Origin: Caldisericia bacterium
Lineage (GTDB): Bacteria > Caldisericota > Caldisericia > JAAYUI01
Length of the DNA: 64,000 nt
Assembly: GCA_963674785.1 (NCBI GenBank)
Contig: OY771555.1
Span: 1,856,001 to 1,920,000, forward strand
Reading direction: 5' to 3'
Positions 38,679 to 49,529 of the stretch are shown piece after piece (position 1 is the first letter of the stretch; every line of letters starts with the position of its first letter). The notes below the pieces were generated by a model. The model made no database searches, was not told the DNA's origin, and saw only the letters and a program-made list of their open reading frames with translations. The position numbers and the translations under genes were made by a program.

Positions 38679-40535
38679 ATGAGTAAAATTATAGGAATCG
38701 ATTTAGGAACAAGTAACAGTGCAGCAGCAGTATTGATTGGTGACAAGCCAACGATTATCCCGGCTGCCGAAGGAGTGTCTGTTGGAGGAAAAACAACACC
38801 ATCATACGTAGCATTCACAAAAGATGGACAGATGTTGGTTGGTGAGCCAGCAAGAAGACAAGCAGAACTTAACCCGGAAAACACAATCACAGCCATCAAG
38901 AGAAAGATGGGAACAAGAGAAAAAGTAACTGTTTTCGGAAAAGAATATACACCACAGCAGATTTCTGCATTTATCCTTCAAAAGATCAAAAAGGATGCTG
39001 AGACATATCTTGGTGAAACAGTAAGCAAAGCAGTTATCACAGTGCCAGCATACTTTGATAACGACCAGAGACAGGCAACAAAAGATGCGGGAGAAATCGC
39101 AGGTCTTGAAGTCGTAAGACTTGTAAACGAACCAACAGCAGCATCTTTTGCATACAGCGTTGATAAAAAAGAAGAAAACCTAAAGATTTTGGTTTTTGAC
39201 CTTGGTGGTGGAACCCTTGATGTAACAATCATGGATTATGGTGACGGAGTATTTGAAGTAAAATCAACATCTGGTGATACTCATCTTGGTGGAACCGACA
39301 TGGACAATGCCTTGATGGATTATGTCATAAGCAAGTTTAAAGATGACTCAGGAGTTGACCTCAAGGGAAACAAGGATGTCTATCATAGACTCAAAGAGAG
39401 TACTGAAAAGGCAAAAATTGAGCTTTCAACAACCCTCGAAACACAGATTAATCTTCCATTCATCGCCCAGGATGCAAGTGGGCAACCAGTTCACCTCAAT
39501 ATGACAATTACACGTGCAAAGCTTGAGCAGCTCGTTTCACCAATCGCCCAAAAATGTAAACACCCAATCGAACAGGCATTAAGCGATGCTGGATTAACAC
39601 CTGCTGATATTGACAAAATCCTCATGGTCGGTGGACCAACAAGAATGCCAATCATCCAGAAAACCGTTGAAGAATTCCTAAACAAAAAAGTTGAGCGTGG
39701 AATCGATCCAATGGAATGTGTCGCGATGGGTGCAGCAATTCAGGCCGGCGTACTTTCTGGTGATGTCGAAGATGTTGTCCTTGTCGATGTAACACCACTT
39801 TCACTCGGAATTGAAACCATGGGTGGAGTGTTCACAAAAATGATTGAGAGAAATACTCCAGTACCAACAAAACAGTCACAGGTATTCTCAACTGCTGCCG
39901 ACAATCAGACAACCGTAGAAGTCCACATCCTTCAGGGCGAAAGACCAATGGCAAACGACAACCTTTCACTTGGAAAATTCAAACTCGACGGAATTCCATC
40001 AGCACCAAGAGGAGTACCCCAGATCGAGGTAACATACGAGATCGACAGTAATGGTATCCTTAAAGTTCACGCAAAAGATAAAGCAACAGGCAAAGAAAAT
40101 TCAATTAGGGTTGAAGATGCAAGCAGACTCACCAAGGATGAAATCGAGAAGATGAAGGATGAAGCCGAAAAATATGGTGATGCTGACAAGGTCAGAAAAG
40201 AAAGAATAGAACTCAAGAACAAAGCGGACACCCTTGTTTATTCAACAAGAAAAACACTCAAAGATGCTGAAGGAAAAGTTGACCAGGCAAAACTTGATGA
40301 AGCCAAAAACCTCGCCGATGAAATCGAGAAAATGATCAGAGAAGATAAAATTGAAGATCTTTCTGGAAAAACAGATGAGCTTCAAGACAAACTCAATACC
40401 ATTGGGGAAGAGCTCTACAAACAGGCTGAACAGGCAAATGCATCAGGAGCAACTCCTCCACCAAACACAGACACAGGCTCAGATGATTCAGATGATGGTT
40501 CAACAGTTGATAGTGACGGAAGAGCCGTAGACTAA
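38679..40535 (+). CDS. dnaK: Molecular chaperone DnaK
   Basis: [41 protein letters not shown]. Confidence 0.98.
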   Translation: MSKIIGIDLGTSNSAAAVLIGDKPTIIPAAEGVSVGGKTTPSYVAFTKDGQMLVGEPARRQAELNPENTITAIKRKMGTREKVTVFGKEYTPQQISAFILQKIKKDAETYLGETVSKAVITVPAYFDNDQRQATKDAGEIAGLEVVRLVNEPTAASFAYSVDKKEENLKILVFDLGGGTLDVTIMDYGDGVFEVKSTSGDTHLGGTDMDNALMDYVISKFKDDSGVDLKGNKDVYHRLKESTEKAKIELSTTLETQINLPFIAQDASGQPVHLNMTITRAKLEQLVSPIAQKCKHPIEQALSDAGLTPADIDKILMVGGPTRMPIIQKTVEEFLNKKVERGIDPMECVAMGAAIQAGVLSGDVEDVVLVDVTPLSLGIETMGGVFTKMIERNTPVPTKQSQVFSTAADNQTTVEVHILQGERPMANDNLSLGKFKLDGIPSAPRGVPQIEVTYEIDSNGILKVHAKDKATGKENSIRVEDASRLTKDEIEKMKDEAEKYGDADKVRKERIELKNKADTLVYSTRKTLKDAEGKVDQAKLDEAKNLADEIEKMIREDKIEDLSGKTDELQDKLNTIGEELYKQAEQANASGATPPPNTDTGSDDSDDGSTVDSDGRAVD

Positions 40536-40583
40536 ACAAAAGCAATATCCTTGACTTTGGAGCTATCGGGATAAGAATCTAAA

Positions 40584-41654
40584 ATGATGGGTACACAAGA
40601 CTATTACAAAACATTAGGCGTAGAAAAAAGTGCTTCTGAGGAAGAAATAAAGAAAGCATATCGAAAACTCGTCAGGAAATATCATCCTGATACAAATAAG
40701 GACAAGGATGCTGAGGCAAAAATGTCTGAGGTTAATGAGGCATACTCAGTCCTGTCCAACAAAGAAAAAAGGGCTAAATACGATCAGTTCGGTACCGTAC
40801 CACCACCAGGAGCGGGAGGGTTCCCCGGTGGTGGTTTCGGTGGTGTGAACTTCACAGATGATTTCGGCTCAGTTGCAGATATCTTTGACTCCATGTTTGG
40901 TGGTGGTAGAAGATCAAGCAGAAGTAGAAATGTTGTCTATGAGGGTGCAGATATAAAAACCCAGGTTGCTCTTACTCTTGAAGAGGCTTTCTCTGGGAAA
41001 AAGATAACGGTTGACATTCCAAGGCTAGACAAATGTCCAGAATGTGGTGGAACAGGCTCAAAAGATGGTAGCAAACCAAAAACCTGTCCAGATTGCAAAG
41101 GAACAGGACAGGTTACCCGAGCCCAACAGACAGTTTTTGGCACGTTCCAAACCGCCACAACTTGTCCAAGATGCAAGGGCGAGGGTACAATAGTTGATAA
41201 TCCTTGTCCAAAATGTCATGGTCAAACTGTCGTTCGGGAACACCATAAAATCGAAGTAGATATCCCAGCCGGAATCGAAGATGGCATGAGAGTTCGTGTT
41301 CGAGGTGAAGGTGATGCAGGGAAAAAGGGTGGCCCAAACGGAGACCTTTATGTGATGGTTCGAGTTAGACCACATAAGGTTTTCCAAAGAAATGGTGCAA
41401 ACCTTTTCAGCAGTGTTTCAATCTCAATGTATGAAGCAGCTCTTGGTAACGAAATCACTGTCTTGACCATAACCGGCAAAGAAAAAATAAAGGTCAAACC
41501 TGGAACACAACCTGGTGAGACAATGACTCTTCGAGGAAAAGGAATGCCAAGAATTAATGGACGCGGATTTGGCGACCTGCAGATAACTTTCAAAGTTATT
41601 ATTCCAAAGAAATTAACAAAGGCTGAGAGGGCAGCCCTAAAGAAGCTGATGTAA
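40584..41654 (+). CDS. dnaJ: Molecular chaperone DnaJ
   Basis: J-domain HPD, G/F-rich region, four CxxCxGxG-type motifs. Confidence 0.97.
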   Translation: MMGTQDYYKTLGVEKSASEEEIKKAYRKLVRKYHPDTNKDKDAEAKMSEVNEAYSVLSNKEKRAKYDQFGTVPPPGAGGFPGGGFGGVNFTDDFGSVADIFDSMFGGGRRSSRSRNVVYEGADIKTQVALTLEEAFSGKKITVDIPRLDKCPECGGTGSKDGSKPKTCPDCKGTGQVTRAQQTVFGTFQTATTCPRCKGEGTIVDNPCPKCHGQTVVREHHKIEVDIPAGIEDGMRVRVRGEGDAGKKGGPNGDLYVMVRVRPHKVFQRNGANLFSSVSISMYEAALGNEITVLTITGKEKIKVKPGTQPGETMTLRGKGMPRINGRGFGDLQITFKVIIPKKLTKAERAALKKLM

Positions 41655-42484
41655 TGCTACATTTTGGAACAGCCGGCAGACCACTTTCTACAAAAGGAAA
41701 AGCAAGCGCCGATGGCATAAGAAGGGTTCGAGAGCTTGGTCTTTCCTGTATGGAACTCGAATGGGTAAGATCAGCCCCCGAGCACACTTCAAAAACTCTT
41801 GAGAAATCAAAACAAGCATCTCTTGAAGAACCTGAGATTATTCTTTCCTGTCATGCATCATACTACATAAATCTCGCCGGAAGTGATGATATCGTCTCCG
41901 CTTCCAAAGAAAGAATCATTAAGGCAACAAAATCACTTGCTGCTGCTGGTGGAAGAAACGTTGTTTTCCATCCGGGCTTTTATAAAAGCCGAGGCCCAGA
42001 AATAGTTCATGAAATCATCAGAGACAATATGATCGACATTGTTTCTATGCTCGACTCAGAAGGGATCTCGGGTTACACACTCAGACCCGAAACAACAGGA
42101 AAAGCAACCCAATACGGTTCACTGGAAGAAATAATAAAACTTTCATGCGAAGTTCCAAATACGGCACCATGCATCGATTTCGCTCATCTTCACTCAAGAA
42201 GCGCCGGTAAGTGCAACACCTATAGTGAATTCAAAGAAATATTCAATGATCTTAAAAAAGGTCTTGGTGATAAGGTATTATCAGACATGCATATACATCT
42301 ATCAGGTATCGAATACACTGATAAAGGCGAGAGAAAGCATCTTCCACTTGAAGAATCGGATATGAACTTCAAAGACCTCCTAAAAGTTTTTAAAGAGTTC
42401 AATATTAGTGGAACTTTGATCTGTGAGAGCCCAATCATCGAAGAAGATGCAATATTAATGAAAAACTATTTCGAGTCTCTTTAA
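41654..42484 (+). CDS. nfo: Endonuclease IV (AP endonuclease family 2)
   Basis: HASYYINL, VFHPG, PETTGK.TQYGSLEE, DFAHLH, HIHLSGIEY..KGERKH. Confidence 0.88.
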   Translation: MLHFGTAGRPLSTKGKASADGIRRVRELGLSCMELEWVRSAPEHTSKTLEKSKQASLEEPEIILSCHASYYINLAGSDDIVSASKERIIKATKSLAAAGGRNVVFHPGFYKSRGPEIVHEIIRDNMIDIVSMLDSEGISGYTLRPETTGKATQYGSLEEIIKLSCEVPNTAPCIDFAHLHSRSAGKCNTYSEFKEIFNDLKKGLGDKVLSDMHIHLSGIEYTDKGERKHLPLEESDMNFKDLLKVFKEFNISGTLICESPIIEEDAILMKNYFESL

Positions 42485-42488
42485 TCTT

Positions 42489-43079
42489 TTACATCGAGAT
42501 GGCCATTAGAAGAGGTGTCTCATCGACGTCATCGGGAATACCAATTGTCACGGACGTTGTTATCTTATTGCTTTTAACAATTGCCAACTCAATATTCCCC
42601 AAAGAGTTCAAAACAGGCCCCTCGATCTCCCTGCAGAAGGGGTATGCGGGGAAGGCACCAAGACTCCATGGATGAAGAGATGTAGTTAGAAGTCTCTTAT
42701 TTTTATCAAAAATATAGAATGTGTGCTGATTGCTCTCAGGCCAAGTAATAACCAAAACACTGTTTCCAAAATGGTTTATGAGTCGAATTTTTTCTTTTGG
42801 GGCACCTGAAATCAAAGACTCATCAGCTGAAACACCACCTGATACGATAGAAAAACCAATATCAGTTTTCCAGCTATTATCCTTGTAAATCCAGGGTAAC
42901 AAAACTGATCCACCTGCATAGCTATAGAGTCTAGACGGAAAATCAATCTCTCCCTCTTTTCTGACCCAGCTGTCCTCTGCAGGTACATATGCACCCATGC
43001 CCGGATAAATGAAAACATGTTTTTCAATCTGTTTACCGTTTTCATCAAAAATAAAAGCGGTCTCTGTACGTTTAAACAT
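42489..43079 (-). CDS. Hypothetical protein
   Basis: 196-codon ORF preceded by a near-perfect promoter TTGCAT-16-TATAAT. Confidence 0.65.
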   Translation of the reverse strand: MFKRTETAFIFDENGKQIEKHVFIYPGMGAYVPAEDSWVRKEGEIDFPSRLYSYAGGSVLLPWIYKDNSWKTDIGFSIVSGGVSADESLISGAPKEKIRLINHFGNSVLVITWPESNQHTFYIFDKNKRLLTTSLHPWSLGAFPAYPFCREIEGPVLNSLGNIELAIVKSNKITTSVTIGIPDDVDETPLLMAISM

Positions 43080-43086
43080 CAACCTA

Positions 43087-43114
43087 ATTATACCAACTTC
43101 AAAAGAAAATGCAA
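43087..43114 (-). promoter_or_regulatory. Sigma70 promoter TTGCAT-16-TATAAT with extended -10 TG, leaderless
   Basis: Perfect -10 located 7 nt from ATG 43079. Confidence 0.7.
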
Positions 43115-43204
43115 AGGGGATTATTAAGATTAAGTTTTTAACTTTACAAACTATGACTACTACATTATATCGTACCTATACTAAACCTTCAAAGGAGGTA
43201 GAAT

Positions 43205-43744
43205 ATGCCATATTTATGGGGATTTGTGTTTTTTCTGTTTCTCTTGGGATTTCCATTTCTAATCCTTGTTGTTTCAAACAAACAGGAGGGATGGCTTAAA
43301 ATCGCAGGATGGATTCTCTCTGGAGTATTTGTTCTGATGTTGATTGTTGCATCACTATTCTCACTTGTGATGAGGCCAGGAAAAATGATTATGAATCATC
43401 ATGGAATGTGTCCTGGTAACGGCTGTTCTCCATCTATGATGGGTCATCCAGGTTGCCCATACACACCCGGAGATGGATTTAAAGCTAACCCCAGGAACAA
43501 CATCTATAGATGGAACAATCCAGGTTTTGACGATCGATTCTGCCCAGGAATGGAAAGATTTGAGAGAAAATTCGATGATCCCGAAGCTTTGGAAGAATTT
43601 CAAAGACAACTGCAGGCAAACCCAGAACTCAGAGAAAAAATTGAAAGCAGTTTTTTTGGCCTTCCCGGGGAAGAACCAGCAAAAGTGCCACCAGGGACGC
43701 CTGAAATTAATCCCGAAGAATTAGCACCACCGACAAGACCTTAA
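43205..43744 (+). CDS. Two-TM membrane protein with a His/Met/Cys/Pro-rich segment and a Pro/Glu-rich tail
   Basis: Strong SD AAGGAGG; two hydrophobic helices; MNHHGMCPGNGCSPSMMGHPGCP; followed by a terminator. Confidence 0.75.
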   Translation: MPYLWGFVFFLFLLGFPFLILVVSNKQEGWLKIAGWILSGVFVLMLIVASLFSLVMRPGKMIMNHHGMCPGNGCSPSMMGHPGCPYTPGDGFKANPRNNIYRWNNPGFDDRFCPGMERFERKFDDPEALEEFQRQLQANPELREKIESSFFGLPGEEPAKVPPGTPEINPEELAPPTRP

Positions 43745-43772
43745 TTATTATAACTAAAAAAATCCAAACTAT

Positions 43773-43800
43773 AAAAGCCCCTCAATTTGAGGGGCTTTTT
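43773..43800 (+). terminator. Rho-independent terminator
   Basis: AAAAGCCCCTCAATTTGAGGGGCTTTTT. Confidence 0.9.
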
Positions 43801-44022
43801 CAAAATAGATGTGTACCATATTCAGGTTTCCAACATCCCACAATATGGGTTTAGTTGGATAGCTGAAGATTTTCAACATTTTCATCGAAACAATGATAGT
43901 TTCAATTCCTTTAGTATCTTCGTAATCATATTTGAAAGGTAAATAACATTTAATATTTCATGCTGACAAAAAACTACAGCCTATCGTACAATCATTTAAA
44001 TAAAAAAATAAGGAGGTAGAAC

Positions 44023-44811
44023 ATGGAAGCAGTAGCCACTAAGAGTTTTTCTCGACCACATGTTTTATACCTAGACTATCAACCAAAAAAGGAGGTATCA
44101 GATATGCCAAATAGTATGAGCACATTTAAGCGTTTTGAAAAAAAATATCTAATAAATATTGAACAGTACAAGTCTTTTTTGTCAGATATTGATGACTATA
44201 TTGTCAAAGATAAATATCCATCATACACCATTGGCAACATATATTATGATACAGAAAGCTATGAAATCATTCGCAGATCAATTGATAAACCTCTTTTCAA
44301 AGAAAAACTAAGAGCAAGGTCTTATGGTTGGAAAAATGCAAAAAAAATGGTGTTTTTTGAACTCAAAAAGAAATTCAAAAAAGAAGTATTCAAAAGACGA
44401 GTCAAGATGCCACTGGCTGATCTCGAAAATTATCTAAACAATGGAGTTATTCCAGATGTATACCGACAGGTAATTGACGAGATTGAATACTTTATGAAAA
44501 TGTATCACCCTGTTCCAAAAATCTTTATTGCTTATGAACGAGAAGCATATGCAGGCAAGGAAGATAGCAATATCAGAATCACATTTGATAGCAATATCAG
44601 ATACAGGGAAAACGACCTGTCTTTAAGTCTTGGTGATTATGGAAACCACATTCTGGACGTAGACCAACGTTTAGCAGAGATAAAAGTGAGGGGTGCAATG
44701 CCTCTATGGCTTAGTGATGCCCTCAATAAGAACAAAATGTATCCGACCTCATTTTCGAAGTATGGATACTGTTTCAAAAACTACATCGCAGAAGATGTTT
44801 TTGCAGCATAA
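44023..44811 (+). CDS. VTC (polyphosphate polymerase)-domain protein, CYTH-like superfamily
   Basis: KRFEKKY (ExK motif), IYYDT, KEKLRARSY, ELKKK...KRR, YEREAY, RITFD, EIK, SFSKY; alternative start at 44104. Confidence 0.88.
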   Translation: MEAVATKSFSRPHVLYLDYQPKKEVSDMPNSMSTFKRFEKKYLINIEQYKSFLSDIDDYIVKDKYPSYTIGNIYYDTESYEIIRRSIDKPLFKEKLRARSYGWKNAKKMVFFELKKKFKKEVFKRRVKMPLADLENYLNNGVIPDVYRQVIDEIEYFMKMYHPVPKIFIAYEREAYAGKEDSNIRITFDSNIRYRENDLSLSLGDYGNHILDVDQRLAEIKVRGAMPLWLSDALNKNKMYPTSFSKYGYCFKNYIAEDVFAA

Positions 44812-45474
44812 ATGAGCCACAAGATGTTAGAAAATATCGATGTACTACAAACACTTATAAGAATTACAGCCTCGCTAGGTTTGGGCATGATTATCGCCCT
44901 CACCTACATGTACAAAACTGAATACAACAAACAATTTATTGTTATGCTTACATTGTTACCTGCAATCGTTGGTGCAGTAATCTCAATTGTAAACGGCAAT
45001 CTTGGAACCGGAGTTGCCGTTATGGGTGCATTCAGTTTAGTTCGATTCAGATCAATACCAGGAACAGCAAAAGAAATCGGTTTTATATTCTTTGCAATGG
45101 CGATCGGTCTTGCAACAGGAATGGGTTATATTGCTTACGCGCTTATGTTTACATTTGTTGTCGGTTTGTTCTCTCTGGTTCTTTTCAAAAGCAAATTTGG
45201 AGAAAAACTGACTGTAAGAAAACAGATCAAAATAACTATTCCTGAAAACCTTTGTTATACAGGATTGTTTGATGATATATTCGATGAATATGCAACATAC
45301 ACCAAGCTGGTTAATGTGAAAACAACCAACATGGGATCCCTATACAAGCTGGTATACGATATCGAACTAAAAGACCCAGACAAAGAAAAAGAGCTTATCG
45401 ACAAACTAAGATGTCGTAACGGCAATCTAGAAATAGCATGTGGCTACATTTCAAGCATTGGTGATGTGCTTTAA
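44812..45474 (+). CDS. DUF4956 membrane protein
   Basis: NGNLGTGVAVMGAFSLVRFRS.PGTAKEI; C-terminal LRCRNGNLEI. Confidence 0.88.
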   Translation: MSHKMLENIDVLQTLIRITASLGLGMIIALTYMYKTEYNKQFIVMLTLLPAIVGAVISIVNGNLGTGVAVMGAFSLVRFRSIPGTAKEIGFIFFAMAIGLATGMGYIAYALMFTFVVGLFSLVLFKSKFGEKLTVRKQIKITIPENLCYTGLFDDIFDEYATYTKLVNVKTTNMGSLYKLVYDIELKDPDKEKELIDKLRCRNGNLEIACGYISSIGDVL

Positions 45475-45509
45475 ACCACATAAAAGAAAGATTTAGAAAG
45501 GTGAGAAAA

Positions 45510-47255
45510 ATGAATAACTTAAAAACAACGATACTAACAATACTACTGATTAGTGGAATCATTCTTGCTGGATGTTCCACAGGACAAACCATAAAAGAGG
45601 AAAACAATAACAACACAGCTAATGCCGCTGATACCACAACCGACATAAAGGTCGAATACAGCATGTCAGAAATGTTTACAGATAGAGATTTGGAACAAAC
45701 GATATATGCGGCAAAAGCTGATAGAATCACTCTCGAGAGCAACAAGGATGTTGAAATCGATGCTGAAGGCATCTATATCGTTACTGGAAAGGTCAATAAT
45801 ACGAGCATAATTATTGACGCTGATAAAGATGCAAAAGTACAAATCGCTTTGGACAGCGTATCAATAACTAACGAAACACAGCCAGCCATATACGTTAAAT
45901 CAGCAGACAAAGTATTTGTCACAATCGTCAAGGGAAATACCGAGTTAACAGTCAGCGAAGAATTTGTTGCAAACGATGATGACAACCTTGATGCTGTAAT
46001 TTTTTCAAAATCAGATCTAGTTTTAAACGGCAATGGTAACCTAAAAGTCACATCAAATTATGGTAATGGTATCACATCAAAAGATGATTTGAAATTTACC
46101 GGTGGATCATATGACATTACCTCAACATTAGATGCAATTGAGGCCAATGATTCTATTAGAATATACGATGGTACCTTTAACATTAACACATCAAAAGATG
46201 CACTTCATAGTGAAAATGAAGATGATGACACCCTTGGATACATCTATATTTATAACTGCGATATGACAATATCCGCAAAAGATGATGCAATAAGAGGCAA
46301 CAGCATTATTCAAATCGATGGTGGCACAATCAATATTGAAACATGCGTTGAAGGCATTGAAGGCACATTTGTACAAATTAATGGCGGAGATATCAATATC
46401 TACTCTACGGATGATGGTGTTAATGCGTCTAGAAAAAGCAACAGTTATGATATAGTTATTGAGTTAAACGGTGGAAACATAAATGTCGATATGGCCGCAG
46501 GGGACACAGATGCATTCGACTCGAATGGTAACATCTACGTTAATGGAGGTACGATTACAGTCAATGCAAGATCGTCTTTTGATCCAGCTGGAAAAGCTGA
46601 GTTTAATGGCGGTACGGTTATAATTAATGGCGAAGAAGTAACAGAACTTCCAGTATCTATGATGGGCGGTGGTCCTCGTGGCGGAGATATGGGCGGAGAT
46701 ATGGGCGGAAATGGTGCTAGACAACCTAGAGAGTTTGATATCCAAGAAATAATGCAAGGGTTGAACATTGTAGATGGTGTATTAACACTTTCTGATGGCA
46801 CAACCTACGAAGTACCTGAGGGTGAAACACCAAAACTCGAAAACAATATGATTATTTTTTCAAATGGTGTTGAGATAGATGTGCATAAAGTATTTGGATT
46901 TGGTAAAGGATTCCGTCCAGATGGTGAAAATCCCGGCGGAGAGCCCCCAGGAGGGATGCCCGGTATGGGTTTTGATATTGAGCAAATAATGAAAGAACTA
47001 GATATTGCGAATGGCACATTAACACTACCAGATGGAACAACATATGAAGTACCTGAGGGTGAAACACCAAAACTCGAAAACAATATGATTATTTTTTCAA
47101 ACGGTGTTGAGATAGAAATGCATAGGGTGTTTGATTTTGGCAGAGGATTTCCACCAGATGATGGAATGTTTAATCCAGGCGGAGAACCACCAGAGCCACC
47201 AGAAGGAATGCCAGAAACAAACCCAGGAGAATCAAACCCTCCTGCTGCCCCATAA
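45510..47255 (+). CDS. DUF4353 beta-helix (carbohydrate-binding) lipoprotein with a duplicated C-terminal domain
   Basis: Lipobox ILAGC; EMFTDRDL; AVIFSKSDL; repeated GG..I...DG/DA beta-helix coils; D.FDSNG. Confidence 0.82.
   Translation: MNNLKTTILTILLISGIILAGCSTGQTIKEENNNNTANAADTTTDIKVEYSMSEMFTDRDLEQTIYAAKADRITLESNKDVEIDAEGIYIVTGKVNNTSIIIDADKDAKVQIALDSVSITNETQPAIYVKSADKVFVTIVKGNTELTVSEEFVANDDDNLDAVIFSKSDLVLNGNGNLKVTSNYGNGITSKDDLKFTGGSYDITSTLDAIEANDSIRIYDGTFNINTSKDALHSENEDDDTLGYIYIYNCDMTISAKDDAIRGNSIIQIDGGTINIETCVEGIEGTFVQINGGDINIYSTDDGVNASRKSNSYDIVIELNGGNINVDMAAGDTDAFDSNGNIYVNGGTITVNARSSFDPAGKAEFNGGTVIINGEEVTELPVSMMGGGPRGGDMGGDMGGNGARQPREFDIQEIMQGLNIVDGVLTLSDGTTYEVPEGETPKLENNMIIFSNGVEIDVHKVFGFGKGFRPDGENPGGEPPGGMPGMGFDIEQIMKELDIANGTLTLPDGTTYEVPEGETPKLENNMIIFSNGVEIEMHRVFDFGRGFPPDDGMFNPGGEPPEPPEGMPETNPGESNPPAAP
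46734..47190 (+). repeat. Tandem 237-bp (79-aa) intragenic repeat, two copies
   Basis: Copies start at 46734 and 46971; 56-bp identical core from 46809 and 47046 (EVPEGETPKLENNMIIFS). Confidence 0.92.
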
Positions 47256-47277
47256 ACCTAAATTAAATATTCTCATT

Positions 47278-47307
47278 AAAAAAAGCCCCTCAAAGAGGGG
47301 CTTTTTT
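47278..47307. terminator. Bidirectional rho-independent terminator
   Basis: AAAAAAAGCCCCTC-AAA-GAGGGGCTTTTTT between the DUF4353 gene and groEL. Confidence 0.92.
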
Positions 47308-47336
47308 CGTGTATAAGAATCCTTAAAAAGGGTGGT

Positions 47337-48968
<1,632 letters not shown>

Positions 48969-48986
48969 TTATCTATCCTTTCACTC

Positions 48987-49274
48987 TCAGTCAACGATTG
49001 CCAAAACATCACGCTCGCTAAGAATTACATACTTTGTATCTTCGAGTTTGATTTCTGTTCCGCCGTATTTAGCAAAAATTACCTTCTGACCCTCTTTGAG
49101 ATCCATTGGAACTCTTGTTCCGTTATCAAGCATTTTGCCTGTTCCGATTGCAACAACCTCACCCTTGATTGGCTTCTCTTTTGCGGAATCTGGGATATAA
49201 AGACCAGACTTTGTTGCCTCTTCTTCGCCTAAAGGTTTGACGACTACCCTATCACCTAATGGTTTAAGATTCAT
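48987..49274 (-). CDS. groS: Co-chaperonin GroES
   Basis: [29 protein letters not shown]; SD AAGGAGG. Confidence 0.98.
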   Translation of the reverse strand: MNLKPLGDRVVVKPLGEEEATKSGLYIPDSAKEKPIKGEVVAIGTGKMLDNGTRVPMDLKEGQKVIFAKYGGTEIKLEDTKYVILSERDVLAIVD

Positions 49275-49296
49275 ATTTCCTCCTTGTTTCCGTTAT

Positions 49297-49323
49297 TTAG
49301 CAATCGAACATCCCGACTGCTAA
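49297..49323 (-). promoter_or_regulatory. CIRCE-like operator TTAGCAGTC-N9-GATTGCTAA upstream of groES
   Basis: 9-9-9 inverted repeat between the promoter and the SD. Confidence 0.88.
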
Positions 49324-49335
49324 TCTACATTTTGA

Positions 49336-49363
49336 AATATACCTTTTCAAAACATTTTGTCAA
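49336..49363 (-). promoter_or_regulatory. Sigma70 promoter TTGACA-16-TATATT of groESL
   Basis: Perfect -35 and near-perfect -10. Confidence 0.7.
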
Positions 49364-49479
49364 GTCAAATTAATTTAGAAATTTAAGCAGTTTTCTTAAG
49401 CAATAGAAGAGAAATAGTGAAGTGTTAGGTTTTTGTGGTTCTAGCAAATCCAATAAGGAATTGCTACATTAATTAAACC

Positions 49480-49507
49480 TTGATTATTCCTCACATATAT
49501 CTAAAAT
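49480..49507 (+). promoter_or_regulatory. Putative sigma70 promoter TTGATT-16-TAAAAT
   Basis: Upstream of the yitT-ftsEX operon. Confidence 0.5.
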
Positions 49508-49529
49508 GGATAGATTGTTCGGAGCAACT

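Noticed and set aside
43920-43970. Possible Pho boxes upstream of the VTC operon
   Set aside because: TAACA/TGACA-like words do not show the 11-bp periodicity and the region is very AT-rich
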